From Podarcis pityusensis (taxonomy: Eukaryota): a DNA stretch of 64,000 nt. Made by a program: the position numbers and the translations under genes. The DNA lies in the NCBI GenBank assembly GCA_964106645.2, contig OZ067042.1; one strand, 5' to 3'. Under the pieces are notes generated by a model that saw only the letters and a program-made list of their open reading frames with translations, searched no databases and had not been told where the DNA came from. This document shows, one piece after another, positions 38,870-51,425 of the stretch; within the stretch, counting starts at the first letter, position 1, and each line of letters begins with the position of its first letter.

Positions 38870-39298
38870 CCTAACAAAAACCACAACTTCCTGCTCATTT
38901 ACAGCATCATGTCTATTTACTCAGGGAAACAAAAATCATCCATTGCGTATTTTGCGCAGGGGTGAAAAACAAACCAACCCCTGACTCACTTTAACTGGCA
39001 CTGAGTGAAAACTGCATCTGATCTGATATCAATATCCTTAGAATACATTGCAAAGAACACTGTTCTATGAGAAAACTGACCATTTTCAATGATTTCTAAA
39101 TCCCAGATAACCTAACACAGAAATGCAGGATCCTGACAGCGCACAAATCAGAAATCCAGGTTTGTGTTGTTGCGGTACTAAAGCCAGCCCATACTGTCTT
39201 TACTTTATGTGATCAGCCACTGTAATTTACAAGAACTGTAGCCTCCTGATCAAAATAACAACTTGCACACTTTGTATGTGTTGAGTCACGTACATAGC

Positions 39299-39445
39299 NN
39301 NNNNNNNNNNNNNNNNNNNNNNNNNNNNNNNNNNNNNNNNNNNNNNNNNNNNNNNNNNNNNNNNNNNNNNNNNNNNNNNNNNNNNNNNNNNNNNNNNNNN
39401 NNNNNNNNNNNNNNNNNNNNNNNNNNNNNNNNNNNNNNNNNNNNN
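39299..39445. other. Assembly gap (147 N)
   Basis: Run of n. Confidence 1.
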
Positions 39446-39964
39446 CTGGGCTGACAAGGACATTTTTATGAAGTGCTTGGACTGATTTGATTTAAACCAA
39501 TCAGAGAGGCAGGTTTAGACCAGCCAGCCCTACAGTGACAATAATGCATTCATGGGCATTATACGATTCCTGCTATGCTTTAAATAAAAACATCCATTGA
39601 TTCTCGGCTCAAAGCAACCAGCGCTTGCATTATTGCACTCATTAATAAGGCAAAAGGACACTTAGAATGCATATCCAAAATAACACTTAGTGAACCCACT
39701 GGCAACAACACTTTGTTTTAAAAATGAAAATGTTTACTGGAAGTGAGCCACTTGCAATTAAAAAAACCAAACATGTCAATAACGCACTGAAATCATGCTT
39801 AGCCCTTCTTTATTTGAAAGGGGGAGCACACACTGATTTTTGAAAGGGGAGCCCACAGAGAGCGCTTTCTCATGTCAGACCATCTTCCCTGTCACTGTCA
39901 TTTTCTACTAGTAGCAATACTTCAGCATCTCAGGCAGAGACCCTTCCTAGTCCTGACACCTGAG

Positions 39965-40113
39965 ATCATAGAATCATAGAATAGTAGAGTTGGAAGGGGT
40001 CATGACGATCATCTAGTCCAACCCCCTTTAATGCAGGAATCTTTCACTGAGCATGGGGCTCAAACCCACAACCCTGAGGATAAGGGTCTCATGCTCTACC
40101 AACTGAGATATCC
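39965..40113 (-). mobile_element. tRNA-Lys-derived SINE with CR1-like tail (P.s.1/Squam2-like)
   Basis: Reverse strand reads GGATATCTCAGTTGGTAGAGCATGAGAC...GGTTTGAGCCC...GGACTAGATGATC...(ATTCTATG)n. Confidence 0.88.
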
Positions 40114-42625
40114 TTCTATCCATTTGTTAAAAACAGCATGGATTACACGTGAGATATGGGGCGTGCAAAGCATGCTTGAGGCACAGTACTGTTCCCATCT
40201 AGTCCAAATTGTTACTAACGGATAAATCAAACCTGCAGAAAACTGTGTCAACTGCAACTCAACTGCTAATACGGTTTTTAGGTGCCAGTCAACTTCTGCC
40301 AATTTTGTTTGTTTACAACTGCTTTCATTGAAAAAGAACAGTTCTGCAACCTAGACAAATGGATTCAATGGCCTTTCTTTCTAATAGTTTATTCAAAACG
40401 TTTTGCAAAATGCCATCTAATGTTGCCAAATTTCCAAATTTCTTTCCAAATTTCCTATTACATTTTAAATCCGGTCTCATCTAAAAAGTAGGCCTTATGC
40501 TGCTTAACTGAAGTGTGAAAACTGCAGCTTACTTTGCTACCACTTTAGGAAAACCTGCCTGAAATGCAAACTTCTGTTGATGGGGGGGGGGGGGGAGCAG
40601 AAACCAAGAGACATCAAGAAGCCGGAAAACATTCACCTGTAAAGTTAATATTCCTGTCTGAGAAAGGTAGGGTCCAATTCACAGAACCAACAGCACCAAC
40701 AAGGCCATTTCTTTGTTCCCAGTTCTCACACAGCAAGAGAACAGAAACATGAGTAACAAGAACAGAAGCGCCAAAGTTTGGGAGAAAGACATTCTAGGCA
40801 TGGCGAGACATCCTTTGCCCCACAAACGCATCCTGGCATGATCAGGGGAAATTCATGCTCCACTCATTATCTATTGCAGGGTGAGAGGGTATATGGACCA
40901 ATCAACCCTTCCTCCGCCCGCTACACCAGCCACTGATTCGCAATGAGGATCAAAGATTGCATTAAAACCACAACGTGTGTTTCCATGGCCACTTTTCTTC
41001 TTCCAGAAAAAGCAATCAAGGCCACAATCCGGAACGGGGCCAAACATCAGGGTGACATCGACACCTTGGCTACTATTTGCCTCTGAAGTTGCTCTCCACG
41101 TAGCTGCTTTTTCTCGAAAACTAGGTGGCCAATGAAGCATGCCTTTTTAAAAAATGTGCTTAACATAACTTGTTGCTTGATCCTGAAATGGAGACTACAC
41201 TCAAATGTCCCTCACAGTAGTCACCTTCCATGTGGGCACTAACACTGCCTCTCCTGTATAGGGAGATTGCTAAAGGCGGTTTGTTTGCAATTGAGTTACA
41301 GACAATTTTTAATTAATGCACTTAAATTAGTCATGTCCATCGAGTTCAATGGGTCTACCCTTGAGTATGACTTAGTTGGATACCACACTATGTTCTTTTT
41401 CTCCCAAGCCATGTTCTTTGCCTCCCAAGCAAGGCAAAATCCCACAGAAATCAAGGTGACAAGGAACCAGCTAACCTCCACGGGATTTAATGGGACTTGC
41501 CTAAACTAAAATTCTCTAAAGTGTGCTCACTGGTTATGATCCAAAGAGTCTGTTTACTTTGACTCATATTATTCAGTGGGATCAACTGAGAATGGCCAAC
41601 TCTTAATGTGGATTGTCCATAATTTGCACGGTTCCAGGCTCCCACGCTAGAAGACATTTACTTACCTACCTGTAACACTAATCAGATTTTCACTCTGGAA
41701 TTTAAAGTGAACAATAGTCCTATACAGAATATGGCTGGCACCTCACTTCTTTCAGTCTGGCTAGCAGTTAACACTTTAGAAAAGACACGTATGTTCAACG
41801 TATGCCAAAAAAGCATTGCAATGCTGTAAGATGGTGATAAACAAACACTCTCTTGGCCCCTACAGGAAACTAGTTAGTGATCTGGAGCATGAGATCATAT
41901 TGCTCATTTCAGAGCTTGAAAGCACACATATTTTATTAATGGCCGTATTTTCTCAAAATTCTTTTAAGGAAGCATCACAACCGTATCATGTTATCCGATG
42001 TACGCTGGATACCCAACCTTTGGAAACTATTATTAACTCAGAAAGGGTACAAAATCAATGTTTATAAAACAGCAACTCTGCTGCACTTTAGAAAGATAAA
42101 TGGTTGTCAGCTGCAAGAAGAAAGGAGAGAAGAAAACATTAAAGGAATATGGAAGAAATGTTTTTCCCCCCGTGACTTATAATGGGAACATCCCACTAAT
42201 CTGAAGACAGCCATACATTGCTTTATTTGCATTTATCTGCAGAGTGGTTTTTAAAAGACAAAAAAACAACAAAAAAACCCCAGCCAAGCAGTTAAGATAT
42301 GATCATTTTGTCCATCATCAAACTATCATCTGTTTTGCTCATCAGTTACAGCTTCTATATTATAGAAGCTTTGGTAAAACAAGGTATGAAGAAGAAAGGA
42401 ATCATATCCCCCGATTTATTTGCTTTGCAATCGGAGACACACACTGGTTTAAATTACAGCATATTACAGGACTAAACTGGTGATGGAATATTTACTGTGC
42501 CTTTTGTAAGAGGCCTTCTTGCCTCTCCCCCCTCTCTGCCCCCATTTCTTTACAAAAGGCTTTGAAGTCCCTTCAAATTAATTTTTCTCCTTTATTAAAC
42601 AAGCATTTCATATTTGTTATCTTAC

Positions 42626-42723
42626 CTTTCATAATGTCTACGAGTACACGTGGCTGCACTTGTGCTCCCAGGGTTACCACCTAATTCATCATAAATATGT
42701 TTCCATTGTCGGCGGGCTGTTAT
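42626..42723 (-). CDS. ARID5B: ARID5B coding exon (exon 8 equivalent), ARID domain
   Basis: ttttacag|ATA acceptor, AG|gtaaga donor; 98 nt; encodes ITARRQWKHIYDELGGNPGSTSAATCTRRHYE(R). Confidence 0.97.
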
Positions 42724-45682
42724 CTGTAAAAGTGGCAATGGAAAATTTAATCTTGCATCTTTACAGATATTTGTGTGTGTGCAGAGTTTGAATTCACAGC
42801 AACAAATGTATATGTGAGACATTTAGAACGCCATGTACTACAAGCGCTGTTAAATCCCCTCTAGAACGGATTGAATATGTATCTATGGCTCTTTTAAAAG
42901 CAAAAGAGAGAGAGAGACATTTTTCACATTTGCTTCACATAAACCTTTTTTTTTTTTTTTGTACAATTGGGTTTTACTGCTGTCTCATTATCAAGCAATT
43001 TTGCTATTTTGTGTGTACGATTTCTTGAAAAGGAACTTCAATCAATTGAGGGCCATTAAGCATCAAAATGTATGCAGACAAATCCCTTGGTAAATTATGA
43101 AAATGAATCTCAAACTAAGCACAAATAATGATCACATAGTTATTTTAACTGAGTTAGTGAAAATGAATCCATTGCAAACCCTTAATCCATCACAGGCTCC
43201 CCTAAATCCACATAGACTCACAGCCTGTAACTCTATATGTTACAAGCTGTTTATTTTCATCCGTCTGCGTCAGTAAAATATATAGTTCAAATGGTAGTGA
43301 AATCTAAACACTATCCAATGTTAATATCTGAGTTATTTGGCTAAATGGAAGAAAATAAACATCTTCTAAAGTATTAACTTGCACGCTATTTTTTTTGGTG
43401 GGGAGGAACGTTGCACAGAAAAATGGGGCCAAAAGAATAATAGATACAAGACCTGGCAAAATAATTGTTCTGAATTCCACTTCATTATTTTCTATAGTCT
43501 TAACAGGAAGAAAAACAGGAACCTGAGAGGCAAAGCATGGTAATAGTCAACCTTTTTCTGCATGCAATTTAAAAAGTGGGGGCATGTTGTTGTGGGAAAT
43601 TGCTTAGAAAAGATGTTTTAAAAATAAATTCTGAGTGAATTTTGTCATTTTTGTGGAATGCTGTGGTGCTTAATAGAGAGTCCCACAGAATTCTTTACAG
43701 TTACCCACAGTGCTGCTGATGAAGTTCACTAAGGAGCCAAAGGCAGCAATCAAAAGAAAACAAATATCAAAACTTGCAATCTGGGGGCCTGTAATTTTAA
43801 TCTTAAAAAGAGCAGATGAGTGGAGCAGTTAAATATTATAGGGTAAATGATGCTTTTCCTGCTCTGCATAAAGATAAAACGCTTCCTTTTCAGAAACCCA
43901 GCTTCAAAAGCAAGAGACATGTTATTTGGTAATGTTATAATTTCAGAGAAACATCCTTGAAGCTTATCTTTGTTTTGTTCTCATTAGACATAACCACCGC
44001 CTACTTCTAGATGCCGATTAAATCAAAAATGCCTATTTGTTCATCAGTAGTATGAAATAACCTAAAACCTTGATAAAACTGTCTTCTGTGTGGGGAAATT
44101 AAATATTCAGTTACAACTTATTTGCAAAGCTGTTTTGGGGTTTTTTTTTCAACTTAAAGGAGCAACTGCATGACTGTAGAAATGGCATGTGCACACACCC
44201 GGATCCCACGCTCCTCCCTCCACACGCTGTGGGAATGTTGTGCGCAAAGAACCAAGGGCTCCTGGCGCACAATATCCCACCAGATCTAGAGTGCATGGGG
44301 CACAACTGGCAAATCCAGGACTCCCATATGGGGAGGTGCACACAAGATGGCTGATCGACAGACCCATTTATGCACACACCACAGGCAGAAATGGGCACAG
44401 TGGCGCAACAGGGCAGATTAGCCAAGATGCAGGCATGGAACAAGAACATTGTGTTTTGATTATCCCTGGAGGTTGAAATCGTTCTTGCGGTAGGTACGAG
44501 AGAGTGTTCATTCAAGCCCACTATGGCTCAGAGAAATAAAGTGACAAGGAAGTCAGTATCAACCCGTCTTAGATTCTGTGCCAAGCGTGACTAGTTTTGA
44601 AGATCAAGGTGGAAAACGGCTGTTTGGTTGGTCTCACTGCACTTATTCAGTTAAAAGTGAATAACCTGAATGTAAACGCACACTTTTAACAGAATGGATG
44701 CTCCTCTCCCCCATCTGTGAGCATTACAGTTTAAGGTGTGGAAATGTTTAATAGAACACTTCTCTCTTTTTTTACTAATTCAGATTCAGTTTCTCTTGGC
44801 AGTCATGCCTGCTCTGAAATCAATAGGCCAGCACCACTTATTTACCATAGTGATTATGCTAAGTTATGCTGACGTGGTGATGAAAGACCCAGTTCCTGGA
44901 AGTCTCGACACCATGCCTTATTTACATTTTTTAAAAATAAGGCCTAACGCCTGATGTCATAATCTTCTTAAAGGATATGAACGAAGCAAACTTTTTTTCT
45001 GGAAAGTTCAGAAAACCCTGCCACCATTATATTTAGGGCATGATTGCTCACAAATCGACACTAGACTTTCCTTCCATTAGCATCCTTTTAACAAAGTCTT
45101 TCCCCCATTTTTCCTTTGTGCTAGTGCAATATGGGGAGCAGACATATCGTCAGGATTCCTACCGATGCCCCCTGCTGCTCTCCGACTATTCTGTATTCCA
45201 TTCCAAACTAACACAGTGCAACTCTACAAGTCAAATTCAGCCCACTAGCCAAGTAGAGCATCACACCAGGGGCTCAGTGAGCTTACTGCTTTGCTGCTTG
45301 TCTGGAATTGCAAAAACATGGACTGTCTCAAACACCTGGCAGGCCAAGCTACTAATACTTGACAAGCTCCATTTGGTTTGGTGTGCCACAAGTTGTGCTC
45401 AGCTGTTCTATACAAATTTCACTTTCATACTGGAAAATGCACTATGCTTCCAACTGTTGTTTAAAGTTTGGACCACTTATTGCTAGATAAAAGTGTCATT
45501 TTCCTTCTATCGTAAAAGGCTTCTTCAGTGCAATCTTTGCTCGAAGCTGCAATGGAAATGCCAAGCTCATATTCTGTCTTCCCATATTAATACAGACAGT
45601 AACCCATTCATTGCAGTGTTATTGTAATGTTTCCCGGTTTCCACTGCAACTATCACCATAGAACAGTGAACTTTAACTAGGT

Positions 45683-45803
45683 CAGGCCCTCCAGATGTTT
45701 TGGGGCTACAATTCCCATCATCCCTGACCGCTGGTCTTGTTAGCTAGGGATGATGCAAGTTGTAGTCCCAAAACATCTGGAGGGCCAAGTTTGGCCATGC
45801 CTG
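45683..45803. mobile_element. Fold-back hAT MITE with deletion in left terminus
   Basis: Near-palindromic body gccctccagatgttttgg...ccaaaacatctggagggc; TSD aactaggt/atctaggt. Confidence 0.85.
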
Positions 45804-46004
45804 ATCTAGGTGATCAATGTTCTTCCCATGGTTAAATTTAAGTAATTAAAGTGTGCCTTCTGGGAACCTGGTCTTAAAAGACTATAAAGAGAACACCACC
45901 TGTAATGTTCATTTTTGATATTTGATTCAAGACAATCTGTTCTAATTCATGTGTGTCCCTCTGTTTCTGCTTAAAGGTGCAACAATATTTGCACATGGTA
46001 TCTG

Positions 46005-46150
46005 TAGCAATGGAAGGGACCCCAAGGGTCATCCAGTTCAACCCCCTGCTATGCAGGAATCTCAACAAAGCATCCATGACAGATGGCCATCCAACCTCTG
46101 CCTCCACGGAAGGAGAGTCCACCACCTCTCATGGGAGTCTGTTCCACAGC
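46005..46150 (-). mobile_element. CR1 LINE 3' fragment
   Basis: ggaagggacc..gggtcatccagttcaacccc..gacagatggccatccaacctctg..gaaggagagtccaccacc..ctgttccac. Confidence 0.75.
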
Positions 46151-46652
46151 TCTTACTATTATTTAAACATTTGTTCTGAGGCTGTAGCTCTCAATCATAA
46201 CAGCTGAGACTTGCTTAAAGCTGTCAGTCTCTCCACAGAAAAAGGAATGTGACAGAATAGAGTGGGTTCAAAGCCTACTATAATTTAAATTTCCCCCAAA
46301 GAGCAATCCGGGCAAGTTTGAAACAGGTGGGAATTTACCGTGTTAAAGAATCACCTGAGTCTATGTCTTTGGATTATTATTATTACCTCTGCATTTTCTC
46401 AGATTTATCGGGATGGATCTAATTAAAATCGGGAAACATTATAGCCCATTAGAGCTACCCTGCTCTGCAAGGGAGGCTCCACTACTTTTATCTTTAAGAA
46501 GAAACTTATATGGATGGTTTTAAATGGCAGAAGATTAAAACAGACAAGGGGCAACTCTGAAAGAGAGAGATACTAAGATGGCATAAGTGGGGTCCTGCAA
46601 CAAAATACTGCAATCTGTAGTTTTGCTCTTCAGGGATCCAGCCATTCCATTC

Positions 46653-46802
46653 ATAGCTCAGATGGTGGAGCATGAGACTTTTAATCCTAGGGTTGTGGGT
46701 TTAAGCCCCACCTTAGGCAAAAAAAATTATGCATTGCAGGGGTTTGGACTAGATGACCTGCACAGTCCCTTCCAACTCTACAGTCCTATGATTCTATGAT
46801 TC
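46653..46802 (+). mobile_element. tRNA-Lys-derived SINE with CR1-like tail (P.s.1/Squam2-like)
   Basis: ATAGCTCAGATGGTGGAGCATGAGACTTTTAATC..GGTTTAAGCCC head, GGACTAGATGACC..CCCTTCCAACTCTA, (ATTCTATG)n tail. Confidence 0.88.
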
Positions 46803-48148
46803 ATTCCACCCCACTCCCCAAAGCAAATCAGCATTCCATGCCAACTGAGCACAGTCAGCCACCATTGAACTGTTTGGCATCCCCTCACCTCCATTTGGGT
46901 GTGGGATGGACACGCTACCGTCCAATTCCAGCTACATTAAAATCTCTCTCTCAGTTTAAACTTGCTATGAACTGGATCAGCTCTGATCTGACTGTACTGT
47001 AACATTTTGACAGTACTGTAACTGTACTGACTATACTGTAACATTTTGACAGCAGGTGAATATTTCAATGAACACACCTTCACTGAAGCTTATTACTTTT
47101 ATTATTATGTTCCTAGTCAACTTCCTCACCACTACCCATGACTCTTATCAGGTGACGCCATAACAATAGGCCTAATCAAGACAGTGAAAGCTGTAGCCAC
47201 ATAAGAGCATCTCCAAGACATCCATAGCTAAATGGATTCTCCATGACCAGGTGCATTATGGGCACCTGGCTTGATCAACTAGGGCAATTCTTATGTACAC
47301 TCTGTACCTCAAAACTCTGTACAAGTAAATCTGACGAACTGCAGGTGCAGCCTGATACCCCACTGAAGAGCAAGCATCTGTTGAGTCAAAAAGCAGACAC
47401 AAGCTAATGGTATGCAATTAAGATCGTGCAATGGGGTGGTTTCTGAAACAGAGAACACCTCCACGGCCAATGCAAATTCAAAAACGAATCTTGGGGGCAA
47501 TCAGAATATTGCTGGAAATAGTGTCAGCATAGATATCATTTGATTTAAAATGATGAATGATGCCCAGGAGCCTGATTCTGAATCTAGTGTAAAGGCTTTG
47601 GGGGAGAGATGCCTCCAGTGTGACAGTATTACTTCCAAAACACTGATTTCATGTTAACTCTGAAGGAAATAAAGCATTTACTCTGAGTCATCAGGAAAAA
47701 CCGCTTTTCTCTATTGTTTGTATTTTACATCTGTCTCCAGCCTGTGGCACATCCATTCATTGGAAAATGAGCTCACATGTTCAAGTTAAGAGATAACCAA
47801 TGTTTAGTTGGCAATAGCCAACCTGAGCTGGACTTATCAGCCCCCATCTTGACTCCCACAGCTGGACAACTGCCTGAGGCAATAAATCAGACATCATGGA
47901 GCACTGTCATTTACAGACATTTGGCAGTCCCCGTTTCAGACATTTAGGTTATCATGCACAACTATAATTCCCAAAAGGATAACACTATCTAAATTCAACT
48001 AGAATTCTTAAGCAGCTCATGCCAGCACATGTTGTTCTGAATTCAGAACTCCACAATAATTTTGTAACATACAGAAGGCCTCAGGAAAAGCAACAACACC
48101 AAAAGTTTTTTGACCCTTACGCCTAAACAACAAACAGAAAGGAGTACA

Positions 48149-48657
48149 CCGTATTTTTCGCTCTATAGGACGCACCTGACCATAGGACGCACCTTGTTTT
48201 AGAGGGGGAGAACAAGGGAAAAAAAATTCTCCCCCTCTCTGCTCAGCGCCCCTTCAGCAAAGTGGCAGGAGAAATGGAGCCCCTTCAATTTCTCCTCCCG
48301 CTTAGCTGAAGGGTCGCTGTGCCTTAGCTGAAGGGGCACCTATCCTTCAGCGATAGGAACCCAAAGCCTCCGGAGCGCAGCGGAAGCTCCTGCTGTGCTC
48401 CGGAGGCTTCCGGCAGCTATCTTTGAAGCCTGGAGAGCGAGAGGGGTCGGTGCGCACCGACCCCTCTCGCTCTCCAGGCTTCAGCAAAAGCAACGCGAAG
48501 CCTTCGGAGCGCGGTGGGAGCGCTCCCACTGCACTTCGGAGGCTTTGCGTTGCTATTGCTGAAGCCAAGGAGCCTGCATTCGCTCCATAAGATGCACACA
48601 CATTTCCCCCTAATTTTTGGAGGGGGAAATGTGCATCTTATAGAGCTAAAAATACGG
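48149..48657. mobile_element. Tc1/mariner-pogo (CCGTA-terminus) MITE with hairpin-rich interior
   Basis: TIRs CCGTATTTTTCGCTCTATA / TATAGAGCTAAAAATACGG; ends homologous to 22169-22534; CpG-rich interior. Confidence 0.92.
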
Positions 48658-50849
48658 TATATCAAACAAACAAACAAATGTGGGGTGTGAATTGTATATG
48701 AGTACCAATGCAAATCTGCCACTTGGATCTCTATCAGGTGCATGCTGAAGTGTATCCAACACTTCTTATCTGAATTATGCTGGAAACTAACGGGCTGCAC
48801 GTGCACTAGGTCTTCAGAGGCACCCTTTCAAACTAGGAACCCCTTCTGCCCCACTAAAAAGCTGTTGCTGACAGCAGGAGTGCCGCAAAACAGAAGGGAA
48901 AATATGGGCATCAGAATCTTGTTCAATCTGTGTATATGCAGGAGTGGTGCTAGTATCAGCATCCTGTATCCTGTGCCTCATCATTCCTGCTCAGATCAGG
49001 GAAGCTTTCTCATGTGCCTGCTTTAGTTGAATTGTTTGCAGCAGAACATGAACTGCTTGCTGGCTGGGCAGACAGCCCCTTAAGCTTAGTTTGGTCAAAG
49101 TGATGAAAGCTTAAATCAGAACTGCTAAATCCTGCGCATTATGAAATCTCAATTTGTAAGTTTCACTCTACTGGAAAGAAGAATGGCTCAAAGGTTGTAA
49201 TATGGTGTGAAAAATACAATGAATGTGGCATTTAAGGAGAAAACTATAGTTTTACATTGGATAAGCATGATGGAGGTTAACAAGTTATGCAACATCTGGG
49301 AAGAGGGTTTATACAAATATTTTTAGCCATTTTAATAGACTAAGGCAGAAATCCTTTCAGGGAGAAAGTTGCATTGAACACATTACATAAGATGGCACCC
49401 CAAATGGCCAGATTGTTAGAAATAACTTCAAAGGCTATCTTGACTTCTCTTTGTCACTACTCCATATTTTATCTTACTTTGCTGCTGGTTTTTTTGTGTG
49501 TGTGTGTGTAAACTGCACACTTATTTGAATATAAAATCTGGAACAATGTAAGGGCCAAGATTTAAGACATGTCATTAACTTGATGGCTCCAACTTAACAT
49601 ACTTGCCTAATTTCACTTTCTAATAGCATTTGCCCAGAAGTGTTGGAGAAAAGCAAATAAAATTTCCTTCTCATGAGCTTCCAGCTAATGCATATGTTAC
49701 TTTAAACCACAAGAGAGCACTGCTTCTCTAGCAATCTAGCCAGCACTTGTTTGTAACTCTCTGTCTAAGTTAAACGCCAACCCTAAAAGCTGAGCCATTT
49801 TTCTCTCTCCCAACTTGTTGAGAAAATATGTCTTCTATTCTCTCTCATCTCTACTGTAAATAGTTCCTGCATGAATAAAGCCTTTGAACACCAAAAACTG
49901 TAACAGAAGCGGAACTTTCCAAAGGTTCAACATTGGAACCCTATACATCCTTACTTCAAAGCAAAACTCAAAGAATACTTTTAATGCTTGTATTATCAAC
50001 TGATTGGCAAGATTTTTTTTTTAGCCTTCCTTAGTGCTTAAGCACTTCCTTAGTGCTTAAGAAGTTCTGCTTTAATTTTATTATTGTTGTTTTAGTATAT
50101 TTAGTTTTTGATGTTTTCTGTACATTGCTCAGAGAACAACAGCTATTTGGTGTACCCAGTGTAGTGAATAAATTTAAATAAATTAGAGTTGGGTTAACTC
50201 CCAAGTAAACAAGCACAGAATCAGGCACTCAGATCAGATGCAAACCAAAGAAAGTCAACTAAAGCTACCAATACCTGTATGTGATTACTATTTCACAACC
50301 ACAGATATGTTAGCTAACTGCACAGGCATTAAAATGACACAACAGACTTTGTTCTATGGGACAAATACCAGAGTGATTACATTTCAGCTTAAATTAATTT
50401 CAGCTTTTGTGTTCTCTGTTACTTCATTATGGAATAGATGCAGCCCAGATTTATACTCAGTGAACAAAGCAAAACAAATAAATATATCTAGCTAGCTAGC
50501 TATTTAAATATGTTTTTTTGCATTCAACTGTGGCAGGAAATGCACAACCTAATCTGAGCATTATGGGCTGGGGAAATATTCCCAATGACGATCGTCTTAT
50601 GTCAAATGGGCTTTATTGCAGATGCCATCTTTATATGCCATATTAAAGCAGCTCTTTCTTCTCATTTCAAGATCTTAATCGCAGTTTGTTGCTCCAACGT
50701 TTTATTGGTTTGGAATACATGCTGTAAAATCCGCAACCATCAAATTTCCCTGTGAGCTAAAAATAAAGTGGCCATGTCAGATATGGTTAGTTGATAAAAA
50801 GTGTCAGAGTATTCCGCTTCCCTCCCCCCTTGCCTTTATACTTTGGATA

Positions 50850-50862
50850 ACTTCCTGTTTAT
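50850..50862 (-). promoter_or_regulatory. FOX:ETS composite motif
   Basis: ATAAACAGGAAGT on - strand; motif match only. Confidence 0.4.
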
Positions 50863-51372
50863 GTGGCACTGACCCTTGTCTAATAAAGATCTTTTACTAT
50901 TCACAGTAAAGAAAGATACTGCACCAAGCTATTCCTTAATGGACAACGCTGATTACTTTTGAAAGCATTTAATACATTTCCCATATTCCAACATGAACAG
51001 ATGTCAGGGACTATGCCAAGTGAAATTTCATTTTATGCAATCTTGGCTTGTTGTACAAGAATAGCCCTTTCTCAACATGGGAAAAAATTACAGACCCAAC
51101 CAATTTCCTTGACAGGGAAGAGTTACACATGTTTTCCACTCAAGAAGTGTTTTTTTTCTTCTTCAACAAGTTTACAGTTTTGCCAAACCTGGAACTAATT
51201 GGGGCTTTTTCTAAAAAAGGACCCAATAACCCCCCCCCCCTCTCTCTCTGTACTACATTGTTATTTCCTCTGTGTGTGTATCTGTGTGTGTTTGAGAAAA
51301 AGAAACACCACCCTAAACAGGGGAAAGCTAGATTACACATTTTTTTCCCATTTAAGTTACTTAAACACTTAC

Positions 51373-51425
51373 TGTTTCATATCCTCCCAGTTTTTGAGCA
51401 GCTTGAAACATAGTCCAAAGGTTAA
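51373..51425 (-). CDS. ARID5B: ARID5B coding exon (exon 7 equivalent), ARID domain
   Basis: ctctaacag|TT acceptor, ACA|gtaagt donor; 53 nt; encodes (I)NLWTMFQAAQKLGGYET; phase fits both neighbours; too short for the ORF track. Confidence 0.97.

Noticed and set aside
39227-39463. ORFs spanning X runs
   Set aside because: Artefacts of the N gap
42724-42822. ATG-initiated extension upstream of exon 8
   Set aside because: Only 33 codons, as expected by chance, and it would lack half of the ARID domain
46653-46720. tRNA-Lys-like gene
   Set aside because: Degenerate stems and a directly attached CR1-like tail identify it as a SINE head
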